Below, piece after piece: positions 54,699 to 64,000 of a stretch of DNA of 64,000 bases (within the stretch, counting starts at the first letter, position 1; each line of letters begins with the position of its first letter). The notes beneath the pieces were generated by a model that searched no databases, was not told the origin of the DNA, and worked only from the letters and a program-made list of their open reading frames with translations. Origin of the DNA: an uncultured SAR86 cluster bacterium. Lineage in GTDB: Bacteria > Pseudomonadota > Gammaproteobacteria > Magnimaribacterales > D2472. The DNA lies in NCBI GenBank assembly GCA_902613705.1, contig CACMIG010000001.1, positions 115,667 to 179,666 of the forward strand, in the 5' to 3' direction. The position numbers and the translations under genes were made by a program.

Positions 54699-55697
54699 TT
54701 ATATTTTAATAATTACTTTGCCTTTAGCCTTTCTGTCTTTAAGGTGAGCAATTGCTTGTGCACCATCATCTAAACTAAATGAATCAGAGACTTCTGGATT
54801 AATTTTTCCATCCAAGTGAAGTTTAAATAGCTCTTCAAAATTCTTTTTATTTTCTTCAGGAAACATTCCAACCCATGCTCCCCAGAAAACTCCAACAATT
54901 TTCATACCCTTTAGTAGAGCAAGATTGATTGGAATTTTTGGAATCTCACCTGCTGCAAATCCAATTACTAAATATCTGCCATCCCATGCAGTAGCTCTGA
55001 TACAAGGCTCTGAATATGAATCGCCAATAGGATCATAAACAACGTTAGCACCAATGCCTTCTGTTAATTCTTTTATTTTAGATGAGAGTTCCTTTTGCTG
55101 ATCTCTATCAAGCTTTCCTGATGGATAAATAAAAGCTTCATCAGCGCCATGTTTTTTACAAAGATTAATTTTATCTTCAGTTGATGCTGCAGCTATGACT
55201 TTAGCTCCCATAGCTTTTCCAAGCTCTACAGTAGCAAGACCAACACCTCCTGCCGCTCCAAGAACTAATAAAGTTTCTCCTTCTTTCAAATCCGCTCTTT
55301 GTTTGAGAGCATATAGGGATGTGCCATACGTCATTGGTAAAGCAGCAGCAGTTTCGAAGCTCATAGAGTCTGGTATTTTCACAGCAGCTGTTTCTGGGAC
55401 AACAATCTTTTCAGCAAAAGCCCCCAAACCAGTCATTGCAAATACTCTATCACCCACTTTTAAATTTTTTACATCTTCAGCGACTGCTTCAACTATACCT
55501 GATGATTCACCTCCGGGAGTAAAAGGTAGTTCTGGTTGAAATTGATATAGCCCTTGTATCATCAAAACATCAGGAAAGTTAACACTACCAGCTTTATTAT
55601 TAATTAGCACATGTCCAGGTAGAATTTCAGGATCAGGCACCTCATTAATTTGTAATTTATCTGGCATGCCTAGCTCGACACATTGTAAGGCTTTCAT
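54699..55697 (-). CDS. NADPH:quinone oxidoreductase (MDR/zeta-crystallin family)
   Basis: 332 aa, GAAGGVG nucleotide motif, MDR architecture. Confidence 0.8.
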   Translation of the reverse strand: MKALQCVELGMPDKLQINEVPDPEILPGHVLINNKAGSVNFPDVLMIQGLYQFQPELPFTPGGESSGIVEAVAEDVKNLKVGDRVFAMTGLGAFAEKIVVPETAAVKIPDSMSFETAAALPMTYGTSLYALKQRADLKEGETLLVLGAAGGVGLATVELGKAMGAKVIAAASTEDKINLCKKHGADEAFIYPSGKLDRDQQKELSSKIKELTEGIGANVVYDPIGDSYSEPCIRATAWDGRYLVIGFAAGEIPKIPINLALLKGMKIVGVFWGAWVGMFPEENKKNFEELFKLHLDGKINPEVSDSFSLDDGAQAIAHLKDRKAKGKVIIKI

Positions 55698-55706
55698 AAT
55701 TTCCCC

Positions 55707-57212
55707 CTATAACATTAAGTTGTAGTTTTTAACGAATTCATTCATTTCTTCGTTTGTATTTTCTGGAATTTCTTTTAATTTATTTAATGATAACTCTGCT
55801 TCTTTTTTTATACCATCTAAATTTAATGAACCATGAGATCTTAAAATTTTAATATTTTCTTTAGCTTTTTTAACACCATCTGAATGAAAGCTATTATCAG
55901 GTATTTTTCCTTTTACTGAGCCAATAACATACTCAATAGATTCTATGAATGATTCACTATTCTCAAAAAAAGATGCAACTAGCTTAAGATCATCAATTAT
56001 TTCATTTCTTGCCTCATTGATATTTACCACCCGATTGTTTTTATCTATATTTGTATCTTTATCTCTTCCTTTATAAATAACTTTTGAATCGTTTAAATCA
56101 ATTTTTTCTTTCTCATCATCTGATATCTTAGGACTTTGATCGATTAAACAATAAATAAGAATAATATCTAAAAATTGCATGTGATGAACTGATGTACCAG
56201 TTATGTCATCAGGCAATAGATCAACACCTCTGACCTCAAGATACTCAATTCCGTATTCTTTTAAAAGATTGTATGGTCTCAAGCCATTTAAAGATGATCT
56301 TTTAGGCCTTATAGCATCATAATATTCGTTTTCTATTTGAATAATTCCATTTGAAATTTGATGGTATTCATCATTAGAATCTAACAAACCAAGTGCTTCA
56401 AAGTCCTTGTAAGGAACAGTAATCGCATCCTTTATCTTTTTTAGAAAACCTGACAACGAGTTATATTTAATATTCAAATTTTTCTGAGCCTTACTTTGAT
56501 ATCCTATATCACTCATTCTTAAAGATGTTGCATCTAAAAGATACATATCGTTAGAGTTAAGTTTTTCTAGTTTATGTTCTCTATTTTTAACAAAAGATTT
56601 ATCAACTACATTCGTTTGACCAAATTCTAGAAGCACAAACCAAAACAATCTTTTAAAGTTTCTTATTAATCCAAGATAGGCTTCATCAATATCAACTTGG
56701 TGATTTGAATTAGTTAAAAAAGCAAGAGAATTAGGATTTATAGAAAAGTTATAGTGCATACCAGAAACGCATTGCATAGTTGGTCCATATCTTACTTTTA
56801 GTCCTTTTCTATATACATGCTTAAGCAGGCCAATGTTGCTTTGGTGATAAAAGCCCAAATTTATATCTGATTCGTCTTCAATTTGTGGAGGCATTGAAAA
56901 AGGCCATAACATTTCATTTTCATGAATATTTTGTCCTACAAATACGTGAAGAGAATATAAAAAATTATAAAGATCATTAACATCTTCAAATGTGGGTGTA
57001 ACTAGCTCGACCTGTGCCTCTGCGAAATCTGTAGTTATAAATTTATTTGTAAGAGCAGACCCCAAAGCTTCTGGATGAGGTTTTTTAGATATACCACCCT
57101 CTTTATCAACTCTAAAAAATTCTTTCTCTATACCTCTTTTTATAATTAGATTTTTAAAGAAGCCTGAGTCTTTTAAATTCTCTAATCTACTTTTTAGTAA
57201 TGCATTAGTCAT
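55707..57212 (-). CDS. gshA: glutamate--cysteine ligase
   Basis: 501 aa; GIEKEFFRV and [13 protein letters not shown] motifs resemble proteobacterial GshA. Confidence 0.85.
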   Translation of the reverse strand: MTNALLKSRLENLKDSGFFKNLIIKRGIEKEFFRVDKEGGISKKPHPEALGSALTNKFITTDFAEAQVELVTPTFEDVNDLYNFLYSLHVFVGQNIHENEMLWPFSMPPQIEDESDINLGFYHQSNIGLLKHVYRKGLKVRYGPTMQCVSGMHYNFSINPNSLAFLTNSNHQVDIDEAYLGLIRNFKRLFWFVLLEFGQTNVVDKSFVKNREHKLEKLNSNDMYLLDATSLRMSDIGYQSKAQKNLNIKYNSLSGFLKKIKDAITVPYKDFEALGLLDSNDEYHQISNGIIQIENEYYDAIRPKRSSLNGLRPYNLLKEYGIEYLEVRGVDLLPDDITGTSVHHMQFLDIILIYCLIDQSPKISDDEKEKIDLNDSKVIYKGRDKDTNIDKNNRVVNINEARNEIIDDLKLVASFFENSESFIESIEYVIGSVKGKIPDNSFHSDGVKKAKENIKILRSHGSLNLDGIKKEAELSLNKLKEIPENTNEEMNEFVKNYNLML

Positions 57213-58755
57213 TAAACCCTGGACCAGCTTTTACTATTTCAGGCTTTGCATTAAATTTTTTGAAGTTTTCTTGAAATTTTGTAATTAATTCTGAAAGATA
57301 TTTTTCGTATTCATCTTTATTTTTCCATGTATTAATTGGATTTAGTAATTCACTATCCACTCCATCAATTTTTATGGGTACAGATAGATTTAATCCAGGA
57401 ACGATTGTTGTTTCAACATCATCTAGCTCACCGTCCTGTATTGCATTAACAATTCTTCTCGTGGTGGGTATCTTAAATCTAGAACCTACTCCATAAGGGC
57501 CTCCAGTCCAACCAGTATTTACAAGAAAAACCTTAGAATTAAAACCCTCTATGCGCTCCATTAGAAGGTCTGCATACTCATTTGCAGGCCTCGGAAAAAA
57601 AGGTGCCCCAAAACATGTTGAAAAAGTTGATTCTATGTCAGATCCAGATCCCATTTCAGTTGACCCAACTTTAGCTGTATATCCACTCAAGAAATGGTAC
57701 GCAGCAGCTTCTTTAGATAATAATGAGACAGGAGGAATAAGGCCTGTAAGATCACAAGTTAAAAAAATAACTGTTCTTGGCTCGCCAGCTGCATTGCTGA
57801 CAACAGCATCCTCAATGTGGGATCTTGGATAACAACATCTACCATTTTCAGAAAGTGAAGTATTGCTATAGTCAGGATCGCCATCTCCATTTAAAAAAAC
57901 ATTTTCTATGACACTCCCATGTTTGATAGCTTTATAAATTACTGGTTCATTTTCTTCAGTTAAATTAATTGTTTTTGCATAACATCCGCCTTCAAAGTTA
58001 AATACAGAACCCTTACTCCAGCCATGTTCATCGTCTCCTATGAGTGAACATTTAGGATCAGCTGAAAGTGTCGTTTTTCCTGTGCCAGATAAGCCAAAAA
58101 ATAAAGCTACGTTTCCATTAGAATTTACATTTGCAGAGCAATGCATTGGCAGAACACCTTTTTCAGGAAGAAGAAAATTTTGCACGGAAAACATAGATTT
58201 TTTCATTTCACCTGCATATTTCATTCCAGCGAGAATAACTTTTCTTTTTGCAAAATTTATAATTACACAACTATCAGAATTTGTTCCGTCTTCAGAGGGG
58301 TCGCAAACAAAATTAGCAGCACTTAATATCTGCCATTCTTGCTTATTGGCTGGATTATAATTATCAGTAGTCACAAAAATAAGTCTAGAAAATAAAGAAT
58401 GCCACGCGGTTTCTGTTGTAACTTTTACTGGCAAATAATGCTCATCATGAGAACCCACATGAACGTTTGAAATATATCTATTTTTTTCTGCTAGATACGC
58501 TTCAATTTTATTCCACAATGCATCAAACTTTTCTCCCTCAAAAGGCTTGTTAATTTCACCCCAATCAATAAGACTTTTTGTTCCTGCTTCCTGAACAATA
58601 AATCTGTCATTAGGACTTCTTCCGGTTCTTTCTCCAGTAGATGTTGAAAAGGCACCATTAGATGCAATTACACCCTCATCATTATTTACAGCTTCTTGTA
58701 TTAGCTCTTCATTTGTTAGGTTTAGAGCTTCGGAGGTATTTGGCTGGGTGTTCAT
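57205..58755 (-). CDS. pckA: phosphoenolpyruvate carboxykinase (ATP)
   Basis: [11 protein letters not shown] kinase-1a motif, 516 aa. Confidence 0.95.
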   Translation of the reverse strand: MNTQPNTSEALNLTNEELIQEAVNNDEGVIASNGAFSTSTGERTGRSPNDRFIVQEAGTKSLIDWGEINKPFEGEKFDALWNKIEAYLAEKNRYISNVHVGSHDEHYLPVKVTTETAWHSLFSRLIFVTTDNYNPANKQEWQILSAANFVCDPSEDGTNSDSCVIINFAKRKVILAGMKYAGEMKKSMFSVQNFLLPEKGVLPMHCSANVNSNGNVALFFGLSGTGKTTLSADPKCSLIGDDEHGWSKGSVFNFEGGCYAKTINLTEENEPVIYKAIKHGSVIENVFLNGDGDPDYSNTSLSENGRCCYPRSHIEDAVVSNAAGEPRTVIFLTCDLTGLIPPVSLLSKEAAAYHFLSGYTAKVGSTEMGSGSDIESTFSTCFGAPFFPRPANEYADLLMERIEGFNSKVFLVNTGWTGGPYGVGSRFKIPTTRRIVNAIQDGELDDVETTIVPGLNLSVPIKIDGVDSELLNPINTWKNKDEYEKYLSELITKFQENFKKFNAKPEIVKAGPGFND

Positions 58756-58768
58756 GTTACTAACAAAT

Positions 58769-58828
58769 ATTATAGGTACTTGGGGGGAATAATTATATAT
58801 GTTGAGGAGATAATTATGTACCTATAAT
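58769..58828. promoter_or_regulatory. 11-bp perfect inverted repeat upstream of pckA
   Basis: attataggtac (58769-58779) and gtacctataat (58818-58828), starting 14 nt upstream of the pckA start codon. Confidence 0.3.
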
Positions 58829-58963
58829 ATTTTATCTGTTAGCAATATTTAAAAATTATTATGTAGTGCATTAAAAATTTAAAGGTTTAATAAGTCAATG
58901 ATCCATAAATTTGTTGTATTAACAAGGCTTGAAAAGATAATAATATGTAGTTTTGCTACAAAA

Positions 58964-59491
58964 TTAAGCTAATTTAATCAAATTTCTGTACTTAAAAATT
59001 GTAGCAATTAGGTAAGTTGCAAAAAATATAAAGCCATACTCTGCAAAATTAAAAATAAATCTCCACCCGTCCTCAGCACAACTTGGACCACCGGCAAGCG
59101 TCCTATTTATAGCTTCAATAAGCCCAAAATAATCAACTTGAGTATGAAAAGGCATTCCACAACCTGAGAGACTTAGCAGCTCATCTACGGACATGTTCTG
59201 AATATATATTTGTCTAGAAGTAACAAACAATCCAATTAGGCAGGATGCAGAAATTAATATAGCACTTATAAACTGCTTTCCAAATAAATATCCAAGCAAT
59301 CCTGAAATTGCTACCAATCCAAAAACATACCTTGTAAGGATACATAAGGCGCAGGCCTGTAAATACATAAACTGGTCCATTAATATTGCTGTGACAATTA
59401 TTAAAAGAGCTGAAAAAGTAACAGTAAGCTCAAAATAGTTTTGAAAAATATTTTTTACAATAGTTGAGATTTTTTTATACATTTTTTCCAT
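58964..59491 (-). CDS. dsbB: disulfide bond formation protein B
   Basis: ACALCI CxxC in the first periplasmic loop, four TM helices; start probably MEKMYKK or MYKK, because the ORF-track ATG at 59536 overlaps the polA start. Confidence 0.8.
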   Translation of the reverse strand: MEKMYKKISTIVKNIFQNYFELTVTFSALLIIVTAILMDQFMYLQACALCILTRYVFGLVAISGLLGYLFGKQFISAILISASCLIGLFVTSRQIYIQNMSVDELLSLSGCGMPFHTQVDYFGLIEAINRTLAGGPSCAEDGWRFIFNFAEYGFIFFATYLIATIFKYRNLIKLA

Positions 59492-59534
59492 TATAGAAAA
59501 ACAAGAGTCATAATACATTATATAAAAGCTAATC

Positions 59535-62207
59535 ATGAAAGACAGAATTTTTATAATTGATGGATCCTCATATTTATATAGAGCTTTTCATGCTATGCCA
59601 CCATTAAGCACTTCAAAAGGACAGCCAACTGGCGCAGTAAAAGGCGTTACAAATATGCTTATGAATTTAAAAAAAGACAGTGAGGGCTCTCCTATCATTG
59701 TTGTATTTGATGCAAAAGGAAAAACTTTCCGGAATGATATTTATGCAGAATATAAGGCTAATAGACCTCCTATGCCTGATGAGCTTCGATTGCAATTAGA
59801 TCCAGTCAAATCAATTTGCAGAGCCATAGGATTCCCTCTTATAGAAATCGAAGGCGTTGAAGCAGATGATGTGATAGCAACAATAACTAGAATGGCGAAA
59901 GATGCTAAATATAAATGTGTTGTTTCATCCTTGGATAAAGATTTAATGCAGCTTGTTGAAGACCCAGATACAACTTTAATGAATACTATGAAGCATGAAA
60001 TTTTCAATGAGGAAAAGGTATTTGAAAAGTTTGGCGTTAAACCTAATCAAATAAGAGACATGCTAGCTCTTGTTGGTGATTCATCAGATAACATCCCGGG
60101 TGTTCCAAAAGTAGGTCAAAAAACTGCTGCAAAGTGGCTTAACGAATATAACGATTTGGATGGAGTTATAAAGAATGCTGACTTGATAAAGGGAGTTGTT
60201 GGAGATAATTTAAGAAATAGCTTAAGTGAACTTGAGAGAAATGTTGACCTAGTCTCCTTAAAGCAAGACGTTGATTTAAATGTAAAGTTTGAGGATCTTT
60301 TAACACTAAATCCAAATCAAGGTGAGCTAGACAAAATTTTTAAAGATCTAGAATTTGCACCATTAAACAAAGATAAAGATGAGCAGGCTCCTAAAAAAAA
60401 TGGAAAATATCTAACAGTCCTTAACAAAAAAGATCTAAACTCCTGGATTAACAAAATAAAGAAATCAAAAGCCTTTGCAATAGATACTGAAACAGATTCT
60501 GTCCAAACTGTTTCTGCTAACATGCTAGGGATATCTCTCTCAGTTGAAGAAAACGAAGGTTGTTATATTCCAATTGGACATGATTATGAGGGCTGTCCAG
60601 AACAACTATCTATGGATGAGGTTATTAAAACTCTTGGCCCTGTTATAGAAGAAAATCAAGATAAGATTGTTGGACAGAATCTAAAATTTGATATCCCAAT
60701 ATTATCAAGACACGGTATTAACATAACAAAGTTTTTGGCAGATACAATGTTAATGTCATATGTGTTAAATAGTACAGCCACAAGACATGGTATGGATAGA
60801 CTCGCTGATTATTACTTAAACTATACAACGACAAAATATACTGATGTAACTGGAACTGCCTCCAAACAAATAAGTTTTGCCCAAGTCAAATTAGATGTGG
60901 CCACTGATTATGCTTCTGAGGATGCAGATATCACCCTAAGACTTTATAACGTGTTATCTAAATTGATAGAAGAAAAGCCCATTCAGAAAAAGTTACTCGA
61001 GGATCTTGAATATCCGCTTGTTCATGTTTTATCAAGAGTTGAGCAAAATGGCGCAAAAATTGATAAGAAAAAATTAGCTAACCATTCTAAGGAGTTGAGT
61101 GAAAAGATTGATGAATTATCTTCTACAGCTTTTAAGATTGCTGGTGAAGAATTTAATTTAGATTCTCCAAAGCAACTTCTAGAAATACTATATGAAAAAT
61201 TAGGATTACCTGTGCTGAAAAAAACACCTAAAGGTCAACCATCTACAAATGAGGACACACTTCAAAGGTTATCTGAGGAATATGAATTACCAAAAATTAT
61301 TCTGCAATATAGGACGCTTGCAAAATTAAAGTCTACTTATACAGATAGTTTAATAAATATTGAAAATCCTAAGACAGAAAGAATTCATACATCATATCAA
61401 CAAGCCGTAACTTCAACTGGCAGGCTGTCATCTACTGAACCAAATTTACAAAATATACCTATAAAAACTGCAGAAGGTAGAAGAATTAGAGAGGCCTTTG
61501 TTCCTGAAAAAGGCAATACACTAATATCAGCAGATTACTCTCAAATAGAACTCAGGATAATGGCTCACTTATCAGATGATAAGAATTTAACCTATGCATT
61601 TAATAATAATATTGACGTTCACTCCTCAACAGCGGCTGAGGTTTTTGGTGTTTCAATTGAAGATGTTTCTCAAGACCAAAGAAGAAGCGCTAAAGCAATT
61701 AATTTTGGGTTAATGTATGGAATGTCTGCTTTTGGGTTAACAAGACAACTTGGAATTCCAAGAGGCGAAGCTCAAGAATATTTAGATACATATTTTGCGA
61801 GATATACAGGTGTTCGGGATTATATGGATAATATAAAAGCAAAAGCAAAGGAAGATAAGTTTGTTGAAACGATTATGGGTAGAAGACTTTATTTAAATGA
61901 AATCAACGCAGCAAATGGTTTAAGAAGACAAGCAGCGGAAAGGGCTGCTATTAATGCTCCTCTCCAAGGCTCAGCAGCAGATATTATTAAGAAGGCTATG
62001 CTGGATATCGATAAGCTTTTATTAAACGAAATGCAAGAAGTAAAAATGATTATGCAGGTTCATGATGAATTAGTTTTTGAGTGTCCAAAAGACAATGCTG
62101 ATATAGTCATGGAAAAAATGAAAGACACTATGGAGAAAACTGTTAAATTAAATATTCCTCTAATAGCTGAGGCCGCTATTGGCTCAAATTGGAATGAAGC
62201 TCATTAA
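59535..62207 (+). CDS. polA: DNA polymerase I
   Basis: 890 aa; 5'-nuclease, 3'-5' exonuclease and polymerase domains (DYSQIELR, QVHDELVFE). Confidence 0.97.
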   Translation: MKDRIFIIDGSSYLYRAFHAMPPLSTSKGQPTGAVKGVTNMLMNLKKDSEGSPIIVVFDAKGKTFRNDIYAEYKANRPPMPDELRLQLDPVKSICRAIGFPLIEIEGVEADDVIATITRMAKDAKYKCVVSSLDKDLMQLVEDPDTTLMNTMKHEIFNEEKVFEKFGVKPNQIRDMLALVGDSSDNIPGVPKVGQKTAAKWLNEYNDLDGVIKNADLIKGVVGDNLRNSLSELERNVDLVSLKQDVDLNVKFEDLLTLNPNQGELDKIFKDLEFAPLNKDKDEQAPKKNGKYLTVLNKKDLNSWINKIKKSKAFAIDTETDSVQTVSANMLGISLSVEENEGCYIPIGHDYEGCPEQLSMDEVIKTLGPVIEENQDKIVGQNLKFDIPILSRHGINITKFLADTMLMSYVLNSTATRHGMDRLADYYLNYTTTKYTDVTGTASKQISFAQVKLDVATDYASEDADITLRLYNVLSKLIEEKPIQKKLLEDLEYPLVHVLSRVEQNGAKIDKKKLANHSKELSEKIDELSSTAFKIAGEEFNLDSPKQLLEILYEKLGLPVLKKTPKGQPSTNEDTLQRLSEEYELPKIILQYRTLAKLKSTYTDSLINIENPKTERIHTSYQQAVTSTGRLSSTEPNLQNIPIKTAEGRRIREAFVPEKGNTLISADYSQIELRIMAHLSDDKNLTYAFNNNIDVHSSTAAEVFGVSIEDVSQDQRRSAKAINFGLMYGMSAFGLTRQLGIPRGEAQEYLDTYFARYTGVRDYMDNIKAKAKEDKFVETIMGRRLYLNEINAANGLRRQAAERAAINAPLQGSAADIIKKAMLDIDKLLLNEMQEVKMIMQVHDELVFECPKDNADIVMEKMKDTMEKTVKLNIPLIAEAAIGSNWNEAH

Positions 62208-62216
62208 TTTGATATT

Positions 62217-63122
62217 TCATCTAATACTATCAATGAATTCTTGAGCAAGTTCTCTCTCTATACCTGATGAAAAAAAATGACCACCAGTATACTTTTTAAC
62301 TATTGGATTGTTATATTTTTTAATTACTTCTTCAACCAGCCTTGAATCTATTTCTATATCATCTTCAGCATAAGCAAAATAACTTGGTATAGACTTATCC
62401 CCGATAATAATATGATCTTTAAGCCTGTCCCCCATAGCATTTCCTAAAAAAAATTTCTTAAAAAATTTTTCAGTTCCTTTAACACTAAATTGTCCTATGT
62501 AATGATCTAGTAGTTTTTTACTCATTAAATCTTCATACCCTTCTATTCTTTTTAAAATACCAGGAACTAAAAACCCTCTTATTAATAAGTCACCGTATAA
62601 AGGAATATTTGCTATTGATAACATAGGAATATTTGCGGAATTAATGAGAGGCACTTGGTAGCCAACAAAACTAATTTTTTCCGGGTTATTTGCAGCATAT
62701 TTTGCTACAACTGCAGCACCAAAAGAGACCCCATAAAGAATAATGTCTCCTACTTCACTATAGTCAATCAGCTCTTTAAGTTGCCTTTCCATAAGCTCAA
62801 TGCTTACGTCATTATGTATTCTATCTGAATAACCTCTGCCATACTGGTCATAGGTTATTACTCTATAGTTATTTTCAACAAAGACATCCACATATTCCTC
62901 GTATGCAAGTGAACCAAAAGTAGCACCGTGAACCAAAACAATAACTTTGTTATTTTTACCTCCGATGTCTTTATAAGAAGTTATACCATCACTTAACTTA
63001 ACTTCTTCGTATCCAGAATTTAATCTAAATTCATTTATGTCAATATTTTCTTTATTAAGAGCGAGATATAAGCAAACTGGAATAAGAATAAATATTGATA
63101 AAAGAAAGAAAACTTTTTTCAA
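62217..63122 (-). CDS. alpha/beta hydrolase
   Basis: HGATFGS and GVSFGA nucleophile elbow, N-terminal signal/anchor. Confidence 0.7.
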   Translation of the reverse strand: MKKVFFLLSIFILIPVCLYLALNKENIDINEFRLNSGYEEVKLSDGITSYKDIGGKNNKVIVLVHGATFGSLAYEEYVDVFVENNYRVITYDQYGRGYSDRIHNDVSIELMERQLKELIDYSEVGDIILYGVSFGAAVVAKYAANNPEKISFVGYQVPLINSANIPMLSIANIPLYGDLLIRGFLVPGILKRIEGYEDLMSKKLLDHYIGQFSVKGTEKFFKKFFLGNAMGDRLKDHIIIGDKSIPSYFAYAEDDIEIDSRLVEEVIKKYNNPIVKKYTGGHFFSSGIERELAQEFIDSIR

Positions 63123-63626
63123 TTAATTAGCTCTTTCTAATGGAATGTAATTCATTTCCTCAGGAAGAAGAACTTTAATACCATGCATTTCTCTTAGATC
63201 TGAAACTTTCATTGATAGATACTCTTCGGGCATTTTAAATGGCCATTTTTTTTTCATCTTAAAAGCTTTAAACATTACTTTTCTTTTAATTCCACCAAGC
63301 TTCCAAATAATTTTAATTATTCCAAAATATCCTATTTCTTTAATCAAGTCTTTATATAGTTGCTTTATCTGAGGTAGCTTTAGATAGCCTAATATATATT
63401 TTAGTTCCCATTTAGTGCCCCATAATACCCAAGTATCAAGAATAGACTCTTGCTCTATAGATATATCCAGCCCAAAAATTACATGAGTACAGTCATGATC
63501 TCTTAGAAGAGTTCCAGAATCCTTATTATCTTCAAATATTTCTTTAGTATCAGGGAAAGAGTTGTAATAACAATCTAAGGCCTCTTGCAAAGTAAGGTCA
63601 CAATTTTGTATTTGATAATCTAACAT
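63123..63626 (-). CDS. hypothetical protein, possibly Coq4-like
   Basis: HDCTHVIFGLDISIEQE fits the HDxxH-x(10-12)-E pattern recalled from the Coq4 family; tentative. Confidence 0.4.
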   Translation of the reverse strand: MLDYQIQNCDLTLQEALDCYYNSFPDTKEIFEDNKDSGTLLRDHDCTHVIFGLDISIEQESILDTWVLWGTKWELKYILGYLKLPQIKQLYKDLIKEIGYFGIIKIIWKLGGIKRKVMFKAFKMKKKWPFKMPEEYLSMKVSDLREMHGIKVLLPEEMNYIPLERAN

Positions 63627-64000
63627 CAGGAAATAAATTTTAATATTTCCTCAGAAAGCTTGTCAAAACCTGTTCCATTTTTGGATGAAATAGCTAAAGC
63701 ATCTACCTCATGAATTTTAGCTTTAATTTTTTTAATGGTGGTTGCAATTTTATTTTTTGATAATTTATCACTTTTTGTAAGCACTGGTATAAAGGGAACG
63801 TTAAAATCTCTGCAAAGCTGAATCATGTCCCAATCACTTTCTTTTAATGGATGACGTATATCCATAAATATAATAACTGCGGTGAGAGCTTGTCGTTTTT
63901 GGAAGTATTCTCCCAACAATGGTCCCCAGTCTTGTTTTTTTGCCTTGCTGGATTTTGCAAATCCATATCCTGGTAAATCTAAAAGCTTCAAATCTTCATC
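63626..64000 (-). CDS. engB: ribosome biogenesis GTP-binding protein EngB/YihA (N-terminus off window)
   Basis: DLPGYGFAK G3 region and TKSDKL G4 motif; the reading frame is open to the window edge. Confidence 0.85.
   Translation of the reverse strand, partial: DEDLKLLDLPGYGFAKSSKAKKQDWGPLLGEYFQKRQALTAVIIFMDIRHPLKESDWDMIQLCRDFNVPFIPVLTKSDKLSKNKIATTIKKIKAKIHEVDALAISSKNGTGFDKLSEEILKFIS

Overview
An AT-rich bacterial chromosome segment covering the replication-origin neighbourhood, with gammaproteobacterial-type synteny. The lineage call is an inference from gene order and protein motifs only. Minus-strand core genes run glmS-glmU, atpCDGAHFEBI, parBA, rsmG, mnmG, mnmE, yidC, rnpA and rpmH. Gene orientation then switches at the rpmH-dnaA spacer, which holds a perfect DnaA box, into plus-strand dnaA-dnaN-recF-gyrB. 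Further right lie plsC, an alpha2-type glycyl-tRNA synthetase, an lpxL-like acyltransferase, trkHA, fmt and def. These are followed by purE, tsaC, hemF, aroE and a complete aa3-type cytochrome oxidase and assembly cluster (coxB, coxA, ctaG, coxC, SURF1, ctaA, ctaB, SCO1). The right end holds a quinone oxidoreductase, gshA, pckA, dsbB, polA, two hydrolase-like or Coq4-like genes and a truncated engB. The left 9 kb is a run of small accessory-looking genes (VOC, SDR, SMR, GFA, ICMT-like, cyclase, esterase, membrane proteins). No rRNA, tRNA, CRISPR, transposase or integrase gene was recognised. The most interesting locus is 9.5-12.8 kb, directly downstream of glmS. It holds seven copies of a composite repeat, each with a copy of the last 18-21 nt of glmS at its centre. 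These copies still encode the GlmS C-terminus (SVTVE-stop), differing mostly at synonymous sites. The repeats are flanked by 11-13 bp inverted arms and separate short same-strand gene modules. The module next to glmS is a GIY-YIG (T5orf172-like) gene bounded by perfect 18-bp inverted repeats. I interpret this as a gene-cassette-like insertion array that uses the glmS 3' end as its attachment site. No recombinase is encoded in the window, and the architecture is not Tn7, integron attC or dif.
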